Origin: Acanthaster planci
Lineage: Eukaryota
NCBI RefSeq assembly: GCF_001949145.1
Contig: NW_019091357.1
Location: 934,671 to 998,670 of the forward strand
DNA: 64,000 nt
Reading direction: 5' to 3'
The position numbers were made by a program, and so were the translations under genes. Positions 52,401 to 64,000 of the stretch are shown piece after piece. The notes below the pieces were generated by a model, which was not told the DNA's origin, searched no databases, and saw only the letters and a list, made by a program, of their open reading frames with translations. Within the stretch, counting starts at the first letter, position 1; every line of letters starts with the position of its first letter.

Positions 52401-55400
52401 CTCTTGTTGGGGAATAAATCCCTCACGAAGTGAGGCCAATTTGCTCTGCCCGGGCTGGCCAGATTTCGGCAGCGTGGTAATCACTCCACTGACCTCCTCT
52501 CTTTGGGCGAGAGAGAAGACTTCAAGTCCGAGGTCTTGCCAGTTGGACGGGGGGGGGGCACAGCGGTCAGATAGGGGGTGGACACCCCTGTCACCCTGCC
52601 TGTCATAACTATAAATCTCCCTCCCAGAATGACGCCTGCATCGGATATTGCGCGGCTAGGAATCGACTCCTTGAAATTAAAAACCTCTGTTTTTGCTTCG
52701 ACGAAAAGGGATTGACTGTATATCTCCGCAGACATTTATGTGGGTTCATTTCCACTTCTTTAAGCATACTGTCCAAAGAACAACACAGCCGTGAATGGAT
52801 TGTCTCCGTATTTTGTGCGAAATAGAGATGTTTATCTTTCAAAAATATAAGCTTCAGTTTGAAATTTGGGCTAACAAATGAGTGAACAAAGTACTTTGGG
52901 GGACATTTGCTTATAGTTTCAATGAATCAGTGAGTGCTGTTTAACGGAGGGTTCAGGGATCATGGCAGTAAAGGTTTTCACTACTTCATACCGCACTATG
53001 AGAGCCAATTTTCTAAGAAACTGGCAAAGTATGTGCATAGGATGATTGTGACAAGAGATGGAGGTTATTCTCTTCATCTTCTGTAATTATTTCTACCATA
53101 CTGACAAATATGTAATGTTCGTGCCACGTTAAAGTCACTCGCATAAGTTACCATGAACTTTAGGACATGTGTAACAGTTGTAAATAATTAGTTGCATCTC
53201 CATGGTTTCAGCATCAGACAAGCTCAGGAAACTTAAACCCAATTAAATAACCAGTTTCGAATCGCCACCCATCTCTTTGAAACGTGTCTCACTATTTCAA
53301 ATGTCGTTGAGAAAAAACTCAACTTTGCCGACTGGATCTTTATGCTAAACACCCATCGGGTACTTTACCGGTGACTCAATTCTGATTTTTTTTTCGCCGC
53401 AAAAATCGATCGAAAGTCCGCGAGGTTGATAGTCACTATTTGGTAGAAGCGCATGCTGAAAAGTTTTGCTATTGAGACCTTCATGAGGTGAACTGTGATG
53501 CGATTGCTAGGGACCCGGATTGAAAATTGCAAGCGTGTTTCTCTGGCGCCCCTTGTCTTTCTCCACTCTGTCACTGGTATGTGTGATCGCGTCGGTTAGA
53601 AGGGCAGTTAGCTGTCGTCTGCGTCTTGTTTTTCTCGAAGGTGGACGATACGTATGCGTGTGTGTTTTTACTACGTCGCCAAGGAATATCGGCGTGGATT
53701 TGTACCCACAAATTAACAGCAATGAAAGTGTAATCGGGGAAAAATGGAGCGGCTGACGCCAAAAATCCAATGTAGCGAGCTTACATTTCACTAGGCACCG
53801 GGATGGTTATTGTTCGTAAATTAAGCACTAGTGAAAGGCGTTTGAAAAGCGTTCTATAACAAATACTCACTTCTTTGCAGAGATTAGAGGCGCCATGTCT
53901 TTTATTCCTCGAGTAGTCACACCCTAGAATATGTGTAAAGAAACGTGCATGCATTTGTCATTTCAACAAAAGTGTACCTTCGATATTAAGTATTTCGGGA
54001 TGTAATTGTAATTTATCTGAGCTATTGTTGTTAGAGTCCCGTATCTCAATTGAATTTTTGTGCGCACCTACTCGTGACCTCATTATCGGTATACAGAAAC
54101 TAGCATGGGTCATTATCAAAATTTGATCAGAATGATAACTCCCGAATATGAAAGACGATACATCCGGTTCTACCCAACGATATTAAGAAATTTGATATTT
54201 ATTGCTTGAACTAATAGGGACTTCAGAGTGCGCAGGTGACTAGCCTGGGTTAGTCCTTTGGGATGCTCGTGTCCCCTGCGTACACGTATGTCCCAATTTG
54301 ACAGGAGAGAGTGCCAAGCTTTGCAGGTCTGTCGCGCCCGCGAAATCCCTTTGAGGTGTCCTCATTATTTGTCTTTACTTCCAGACTTTTTATTTGTAAT
54401 CAAAGTGGGAAGTGCTCTGAGCTATGACCATCACTATCCGAACCTTTCAGTAAGAGCTGTATGCACGGGAAAAGTATACCGAGATAAATTGTGCTTTTAT
54501 GGCAAAAGTATATGGGAAAGAGAAATATATCTCTAGAAAAGGCAGTCCTCTTTGCAATGGTATACAGCATGTCATTTTATTGACACAGATGAGTGAACAA
54601 ATTAGACTGATGTTAAGGGTACTGAAATCGGCACTGTGACAAGCTCGCATATTTGATTAACAAGGCCCAACCAAAAATGTGTAGAATACCAAATGCGTTC
54701 GCTTTCTTGAAAACAAGGAATGTACCTGCTTTGTTTTCGCTATTTACCTTATACGTTTGATGTGCTGTGCCCTCCACACGGCCACCATTCCTGTCAATTC
54801 ACATCTGACATGTTTAGGTATATTTTTATGTCGGTAGGCTATACCTTGTATGTGGACACCCCGTGTTCTAATTGTCCACTGTGCACTGACGCATAATCCA
54901 CCAGTTTGGTTCCAACAATTCAGACACTCATGTCCCAACTGTTAACAGGCTGCTCTGCTTTCAGTGACGGCATCTGTGCCTTAAGTTCCCCTAAGCATGC
55001 ATTGAATAGAGGAGCGAACCTAACATTTTTATTGTTATAGGAAACATTGGTAATTGCATTAACTGAGTTATAATTTCACAGAAGTTTTCAATTAACTTAC
55101 AGCCGTTTTCACCTAGCACAGTGAAGGAACACATTGGAATTTGGTTATACATTGTACATTATCTTCAAATAGATAGCTGTCTTTATGTTCCACCTTTAAG
55201 CCCCAAGTCCCATGTTTCATCTCGTTCAACTGTACAAGTATAACAAAATATACATTTTTCAACTTATGTTCCTGAAGCGAAACGGAATGAAAAAAAAAAT
55301 CGACGCCAGAAGTGCAGTATTGGTTAAATCTTATCTCCGGCTTTTTGCGAACATTTATGACTGGATAATTAAAACAAACACTTTGTGTGTCTCGTTTGTC

Positions 55401-58400
55401 TAAATCTCGAGCCCGTGAAGAAAGTACAAAAATACAAAACCACATCAGAGTGTCTGCTTGGCGGAACCATCAGCGTGTTTGAGCCAAAACGAAGCTGACC
55501 AAACACTGGGCCCCGGTCAGCTCAAATAACCGAGACAGAATCCACATCGATGGGGAAAACATTCCTAACAAGAGACATCTGAATAAAGACGTACATGAAC
55601 AGCCTGTGATTTCACCCGAAATGCTTTGATAGTGCGCTGTGTATGCTTACAAGAAAACGGTCGTGAAAGGCTACCCCTGGCCATCAATTACAGCGGGATT
55701 TTGCAAGCAAATGTTGCAGTTGTTTTCCATTCGCTGTGCGTGTCTTGCGTAGGAATGGATATGTCCTTATTTACAGTATCAATGCTTCTTGTGAGGGGAT
55801 GTCCTCACTCGTGTACTTTCTAGAAAGGACGCTCTGATTAGCGCGGACTGTCGTTTGTCGTTTTCCTCGCTATTAGTGTTACATCATTGCAGAAGAGTTG
55901 ATATCGCGGAAGATTGTACAAATTCCTTGGTAATTCAATATTTAGGCGCAGAAGTTCAGGTTGTAGACCTCTGTTGATTTATCGCCCACTTGCAGTCAGC
56001 GGAACCATTCTCGAGACTTTTTGTTTGTATTTGTTGAAAAAGTGTCTGTTGGAAACGTAGGTCTGGATATATTTTTCAGAGGTTCGATATTCGGATTTGG
56101 CTTCTTTTTTACGCACAAACGCTTTGGCCGAAGTTGGACAGGCCAACTTTAAAATCTCTGTTTCTGACCCTACGCTGAGAGGAGACCTCTTCCCCGTACA
56201 ATGTCCCCCTTCACTCAGAAGCCTGTCACCGGTGACGGCGCGTTGTAGCGACAACCAGCCTCATAATGAATGCAATTTTCTTTAGGATTCCCAGCAGGGA
56301 CGCTCTGTGTCAAGACGAATCGGCTGTCGCATGAGTGATTACACCGTAACTTCATTTAGGCTAGTTTAATGGCAAGCCGGTCACTTAAGCCCTATCTGTA
56401 GTTCTGATGCGACACCCGATGTATGTTAAGGAGATGACAAATTAATTGGGTTATTATAACTGGTGTAAAATTATTTCTTTTTTCGGATAAATTGGGAATT
56501 ACTTCAGAGAATATATTCATATTCAAAGGTGTTCTTTTCAAATCCAGCCCTCGTGTGGTAAATGAAGAGAGGAATGCGGGATTTGATCATGCCAAAGGTT
56601 TTCGTGTGTTTTTGTGAGGAAAGTTTATGGCATATGTAATAACAAAGTGGAAAAATACATAAATACGAACTTGTATTTTATTGGAAATAGTAGTCTTCCA
56701 AAGATATTAGATCACACTTTTCTAAAATGACCTCCAAATTTGAACGTTTACGCAAGCGTGTACACGGCGCATTACCCCAAGTTCAAGGTTCGCAATGCAT
56801 GCTTTTACTCCGTTCTCAACAGCCCATCTTTCCGCCTTACTGATAAAAGCACTTTCTATTCAGAGAAAAATATAATTCATCTAATCAGATGATCTGAAAG
56901 AACGGGATACTTCCCCCTAAAAGGGACTTAACTGAAGGAGATCATGATATTGCTTAAGCAAGCAACTTAAACTGTTTAAGGTGGAGTTCCTTGCAACTTG
57001 AGGGATTTCCTTGCTTTGTTACATGTTGATTGAATACTGGTCTTTCAAGTAGGCCCTATATTGTCGAAGAGGAAGTTTTCACACAGAATTATAGCAACCA
57101 CGTCGTAATATCTATTACACTGATATGACTGATTGTCTCAAATTTCCAGCAAAACAGTTAGTTTCTATGAAAATGGGCAACACAGTCGCCTAGCACTTCG
57201 GTGACTTCCAATCCCACCTGCTTAGTCCCTGTCTGGCGGTCACATGAGTATCCCTAAGAATGTTTAATGGTTTTTTTGCCCCTCATAAGCATGTAACTCC
57301 TGGTCTCCTGTTTTTTCCCAGAAGGATTGCAGTGGCTGAGGTTAAACAAACGATTCCTCGGGGATTTTTCTTAAACTTGCAGGGCTGTTTGCAAGACTCG
57401 TGGAAGGCAAATTCATCCCTGCACGGCCAGTTATCCTAAGATAATAGCAGCTTCAGTCCGAAATGCTTTTACAGCGATCCACAGGAAGGAGGAATCGGCC
57501 AACGTAGGGTAGAAACCGAACCACTCCATGCCTTCTCTGTATCTGACAGAACAGCCTAAAACCTAAAAGCTTTCGGTCGAGACTGTTTTGAAAAAGAATT
57601 TACTGGCACTCCAGCAGAAAATATAGGGAGTAATTGAGGCGAGAAGAAAGTTTCCAATTATTCATTAGTTGAATAGTAACCGTCACACTTTGGTCAGCGA
57701 CGGTTGATCATTATCGACGAAGCTTCTGGCGCTTGTTGACACGGACAAATTGACGTGAAAAAAGTCACTTTACGGCCGGTTCATACTTGAGGCGAACGTG
57801 AAATTGAGCGAATTTAACGTCAGGAACCATTGCCAGCAAAATTCGCAGAGTAAAATGTGTTCAACTTTTTTCAAATTAGCAACACGAATGTTTGAACTGA
57901 CGTCACAATTCTGTGTTCGTGTTTGCTTTCGCCCAAAACATAAACTGGCATTTGGTCGGTGGGAATAATTAATATATTATGCAGATTTCTTTGCACCAAT
58001 TATCTGTTAGGGTTTTAATTTTATAGCGACAACACTGGCAGTTTATTGTAAGGCATCTGAAGTAAATGCTTAGCATTTATGCATTAAAACATTTAACCTT
58101 AACTTTGTCTTTGAAATGCAAAGTTGAGAAATTCAGGTTGGCTGAGACCCAGAAAGCAGTATTTTTTTGTCGAAAACGGGAACATATCTAATTCAAATTT
58201 AAAGCATTAGGCTGCAAACACGGTTTATTCTGTTTATTCACATCAAAACCGATCTCCGCCGTAAACCACGTCATCAAACCAAGCATCAAAGCCTAAAAGT
58301 TAAGTGAACTTTTTTACATACCGTAAATATGGAATGAAAAAAGCTTCAATTAACAAAGCTCTTGTCTTTACACCACTACAGAGTTAGCGATTTTTTATCG

Positions 58401-61400
58401 ATACGTTAGACCTATCGTTTCTCCCGCTTTCCCTGTCAACGCGCGCGGTTGAGGTATCGCGCACACGCGGGATTCGCCGAACTGAAATAGTTCACGTAAG
58501 GCTCGGAAACCGTTGACAGAAAAACGTCAGATACACCTACGGTGGAACGAACGGCCGTGCCCACCATAAAAGATTAATCACGTTGAAAGTGCGGTTGATT
58601 CCTCTCTCTTTCTGTCGAGCCGAGCCGGCTGGTTTTCACCGGCGTAGCCGTCGAAATCAAAAGCAGGACAGTTCAAGGAGGCTTAGATGGCACGACACGA
58701 AGGATTGTGGACACCTGAGCGTTTCTGGATTGGCAGGGATTACCGATAGAAAGCCCTGTTTTGCGAGGTGCTGAAAGTGTTTTGGTGCAGGAAATTATTA
58801 CTGACGTGCTAGCGGAGAAAGTCCTTTCCATGGCATAGATTAAACACGTTTTGAGTAGAACATGCCAGTTTTTCTGTTATGTTTCGTTTGTTTGGTGTTT
58901 TGCTTTGTTGATGTGACTTTTTTTTAAAATGTAATTCGTGCATAGGTACATGGAGGCAATAACACATTGATCTGATATTGCATGTGTGTCTTAGTTAGGA
59001 AATTTGCACGGTTCTCTTTCCCAAACACAACTGTTGATTAACATTTATCCAAATGTGAACGGTATCAAATATCTGCTAAATTAGAAAGGCAGTGTCTAGT
59101 TAAGCGTAAACGCTAAATAACTTAATTGACATTTGGACTAGGACTTTGGAAAAGCTGCACCACTTTTTGAGTATTTTTGCTCAGGAATTATAATTGTTTC
59201 CAATACTCGCCCACGGATTTCCGTTTTTCGCCACGTTTACTCTTCGATATCGCGTGCCAACGAGCGCTTGCTTGTCAATTATTCCAACATTCACTGGTGC
59301 AGTGTACTTGCAGCTTCTACCCTCTCGTATATTCACGATGGACGGAAAATGGCCTTTACAAGATTTATGATTGTTTGACGCTCTTTTCATATTTAACACC
59401 TGTCTCTAATATGCCTGTTTGAGGCTGTGTACCCGAGTCGGGTAATCTCATCGTCCTCCCGAATAGTGCCTTTCCCCTGTATTCATCTACTGCTCTCGGT
59501 AACTTCGCCTTTAGTCTGATTCCTCTTGAGCTGAGTGGGTTGTAAACCGATAGGGTGATGAAAAAGTTGTTTCATAAAAGCTGTCATCTGAAGCAAGTGT
59601 TCTAGGCTGACGAATCACTTTTTTCCCTCTTAACTCGCTCTCCAGACGGAAACGCCCTCTGGATGTTGTGCCATGGCTGCGTGGAAGACGATACGGGCGT
59701 GGGTGTCGCCCCGTGGGGGCGCCCTACGGATATGACGCGTTCACTACGCGCACCAATCACAGCACAGGCATCTTTCATTTCAACAGAGCTCCAAATTAAA
59801 CCATCAACCACTGTATTACATTAAAAACATCGAAACAGTGTGGGTTAATGTTTCGGCTCATCTCCACTGCATGTCTTTTGGATCCCACAGGCACAATGTT
59901 GTTTCCGGATGGAATATCCCTAAACGGGAAAACTAAGGTTGTGGCGTAAGCCCCAATTCCACTGAAATCATCGATGCTTAAGAAAATAATCCTTATCAAA
60001 CTTCATGTCAGATTGTGCCGTACATGAGTTTTCAAGCCTTCTCTAACATTTTGGTTTAGAAAGCTAACATAACACCTAGCCGACAGAAAACTGGCGGCAA
60101 CATTTTTCACAGTATTTACAAAGCTGCAAAGTAAGATGCCGTTTTGAAGACATTAAGCCAGCATTTCAAGCAATCTGAAACCCATCAGCTGCCACAGAAA
60201 TTCAACACTCGTGGCTTTTTCCCGCTTGTTTTCAATAGAGCGCGCGCCAAGTTATCAGGTCATTGAGCCGCTCTATCTGGGCCAATAATATTAGTTTTCG
60301 CGAGTCTCGCTGGAACGAAAACCTCGAGAGCGTACTGCAGCTGCAACGAGGCGCGGAACACTCAACCTCTTTTTTCCTCACCAGATTGCAGTTAGCAGAA
60401 AGGCGAGCTAGATAATATCGTTTCAGAGCTAATGGTGGACATTGTTCAGAAATAGGAAATCGCAACCTATCTGTCGAACACTAAATTCAGCCAAGAAGGT
60501 AATTAAAACATGCTTCGACTTGGAGCCAGCACTGCGCCAATGCCATATGCTATGTACCTGCTCGGGCGCATTTCTTCAAATCGTACTTGAGTCACTTCAA
60601 GACGTTTTGAGTGTTTACACTGGAATATTGTCAAGTGTTATAATTCCTTGCCAGACTATTACGTTGCCCGGCGCTCGCACAAAATCACATGAGTAAAGGA
60701 CTTATTTAGTTGCTGCTAACAAGAGCAGCGAACGATGACCGCCTCTACCGACACGCACACCACAAACAGTGTTGCCTTCAGTCCCTTGCCGAGTCACTCG
60801 AACTTGCTAAAGAGGAGAGGCGCTTCAGTAGGACCCTAGCTTGGTTTAGTGTACAGTGTGATCAGAGTAGTTTGTCTCTTGATTGTAAGAAATGTAACCA
60901 ATTTACCATTGAAAGGTACGGCGTCAATCAACAATCTTGAGTATTGTAAGCCGAATGCATTAGGAACTTGAAGTCTTTCCAGTGAATAGTTCCCCTCTTT
61001 GTAGGGTATCAGTTGAATTCTTAATACATGTGAAAATACCTGGTCATTGGAATATGAGTGCTATGCTGGAAATGTCGAAGTATTTGCAAAAGGGCTTGGG
61101 CCAAGTGTTGTGTAAACATGTGCACATTTCGTGCATACCTGTCAGCGGAACTCTGTCCAAACGGTCACATTCTTTAGTTAATCGACTAAGTCAACTCTTA
61201 CCTTGGTCAATCGGCTTGTTGTCAAAAAGTGCTCACAAATCCACCTTGTGGATAGTGCGTATTATAATTACACCATGAGGGGAGGACGTCCTAAGCTGAA
61301 GGCTTACAGCAATTTTCAATCAAGAATTCCAACAAATTAAATGCGATCCTAATAGCGTGCCAATTACCGTCGTTTCCTGCCTGGCTTGATAATATCTTTC

Positions 61401-62985
61401 GATATCAAAAATCCCATCAGCATGTTGTCGTAGAACGTTACTGACATTCTGTGCTTAATATCTACACAGCACAATAGATGTGCCACGGCTTACTCTGGTG
61501 ACATCATTGCTATCATCAGTTGGCATTAAATCGCACTTCATTTGTTAGTTGCTGCGTAGTCATGAATAAACAATCGCTTTTGATTAGTTCCTTATTAGAA
61601 ATAGCTCCGGAATCATGCTGATACGGGAAGTGCAATATTTGGCAAGTGTCCAACATCGCTGCATTCGTTTTAAAGTGCACCTTCACCGCCGGCCAAACTT
61701 TCTCTCCGGCCGTAACCTAGCAACCACTATTGAATGTGTATCCATCAGTCGCGGCTTAACACCGATTGCATTCTAAATGTGCTCAAGTGAGATTTCCGTG
61801 AAGGTGTGACATATGTTCTATTTCTACCATAGGCGGACAGTTTGAAAACAAATTCAGGCCTACCTTAGACAAAATGGACAATGTATATGAGAAAATAAGA
61901 CATTGTGACAGACAATGAGATCATAGCATAAATAACGATCCAGGTGTCCTTGTATATTGGACCCGAATAGTTCTTTCTTTACCAATGCGCACTGAGAGAT
62001 GAAACTTCCCCAATCCCCTCACAATTTTTGCCATTAGGGCGACTCTTTATCAAATCTTGGTCCAGGGTTCCGTTCGGTCTATTGCAATATTTAATGGAAT
62101 TATCGTTGTCCTCTGCGAATCTATTGTCCCGAGCCTCGTGTGTTGCGCTGCCTACAGGCGTTAGATTAAAGGTCGATTTATCTCTCCCCTCGTCTCTTTA
62201 TGTGAGGGATAGACTTCCCTTGAATTCCACGATTCCCTGAAAATGTCAAACGTGTTCTTTCGTCTTATTCGACGATTTTGAGTCGGGGAGATCATTTTTA
62301 CATGGAGAGGGCCATTGAATCGCTGATGGCCTTGATGCATCGTCGTTCCATCCACTTTTACATTGGCACAATCCTATAGCTTCTTTCCTGATTATGGCAA
62401 GATTAAAAAAAACACTTTGAGAACCGACATCAAAGGTCGCTCATGTGACAACAGTAAACTGCATTAATTTACCTCACCTTTGCTAATGGCGCAAGCTAGC
62501 TTTTCTTTTAAAGTCGATCCCCTCCGACTGGGGCTTTGGTTCAGTCATAGGACCAGTGTAAATATGCATTTTACTAACTCAAATTCTGCTTGAAATATTT
62601 AAAGTAAGATCAAATCATTGAATCATTCGTCGAATCGTAGCTTGTATTTTGCAGTTGGTTTTACGGTGAAAAAAGAGTAAATGTTTCTCGTAATGCAAAT
62701 TCAAATTTCTCTGTATACGAGGATCAAACGCTGAAATAGGTTGCATGGAAGCAGTTATATTCATTTCATTACTGGGTTCACAGCCGGTTATCGTGGCGCC
62801 ACGCTCTCCGAAATGTGGTATCCTAGGGATTCAAAAGTGCCCCAGGTCCTGCTATCGATTGAATCTCGACAAAATAGCATTTGATCGGAATCATTGAGTC
62901 GTGCCCCTAGATCCATAATTCGTGTGGCGAATTCTGGACGAGGTTGTCTTCTATCGGAAGAGGTCTTGGCGTATTTTTCCCTACT

Positions 62986-63009
62986 CTGTCTCTCTCCCTC
63001 TCTCTCTCT
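62986..63009. repeat. Imperfect (CT)n microsatellite
   Basis: ctgtctctctccctctctctctct. Confidence 0.6.
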
Positions 63010-64000
63010 AGCCTTTAGGCAAAATTATGAAAAGGCACGGAGTTGAAATCATCCAATACCTGTCCAAAATGTGCCAGAGACAACGCGTTGGACAGAACAA
63101 GACGACACCGCACAAAGAAATTTTTAAGTGGAAAGCTGTTAAACACTTTTAAATATATCCCCCCGAAATCACATTACTCCTGACAGAGCATGATTATACC
63201 TTCTTCTTTTCAAGTGATTACGTTTTCATTTTGATAATGCCGCTTTCTTGGTAAACCTACATTGTCTACATTCTATTCTTCTGTTAACATACTAACGTTA
63301 TAATTCTACATCAAGTTAAAATTTGACATTGACTGGATATTGGCTGTGCAGTCTTTTGTCATTGTAACAGTTTTGGCATTTTACGAGATCTTAGGGTAGT
63401 TCCAATCTACAGCGACATTTGGCAGAGATTATTAAATAGCTGAACTTATTTCAGTGAACTGTCAGAGTTTAATAACAAAACACCTTTATGGTCTTGAAAC
63501 TTGAAACTAAATATAGATTAGCAGGGATTCTAGTTACTCGACAATTTAAGTGTTTCAGTCTCATAAGAGAGAACCTGAAAGAGAGAGAGAGAATCACCCC
63601 AACCATAAAAACCACCGACTCTCATAGCATCCCATATTGTTTTTCTTCTTTCGTTGTGATAGAATTCAGCAGCTCTTGAACATTGTGTTTTGCCGGACGT
63701 AAGCAGAGCTATATATAGAGATCTTAAAGTGATTCGGAGAAGTTTTAGAAGAGTGTCTTATGGACTATTTACAAAGATTGATAATTGTGTCTTCGCTCTA
63801 CCAATTTCTGAGTAACGACACGATAAGGTTAGCAAGGAAAACTCAACCTGAGTAACGCAACGATAAGGTAAGCATTGCAATCGTTTTTCTTTCTCAAAAT
63901 CTTTTATGTAAAAAAAAAAGTATTGCCAATCTTTGATCACCGTAACAGCGTGACCCAAAGCCAATTCTTCGTTAGGTTTTCGTTGATATTCGTGACCGAT

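Overview
Eukaryotic (animal) genomic DNA with spliceosomal GT-AG introns. Gene content and repeat style suggest an invertebrate deuterostome, possibly a starfish (inference only). All four protein-coding genes I can support lie in the first 20 kb and were spliced by hand. On + there are two tandem LITAF-domain paralogues (2312-3851, 134 aa; 5271-6101, 122 aa). On - there are a 14-exon MFSD2A-like MFS transporter (14992-7865, 532 aa) and a class A neuropeptide GPCR most like trissin receptors (19491-17327, about 530 aa; a 7-nt first coding exon plus one exon carrying all 7 TMs). The remaining ~44 kb has no coding sequence I can support. It holds several fold-back/MITE-like elements, a head-to-head pair of tRNA-derived SINE-like fragments, a cluster of perfect CRE palindromes and a run of splice-site-bounded non-coding segments (possible lncRNA). 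Nearly all ORFs in the supplied track are spurious or are exon fragments of these four genes. The best lead is the apparently orphan trissin-type receptor with non-canonical TM4/TM6 motifs. I found no evidence of a wholly novel system.
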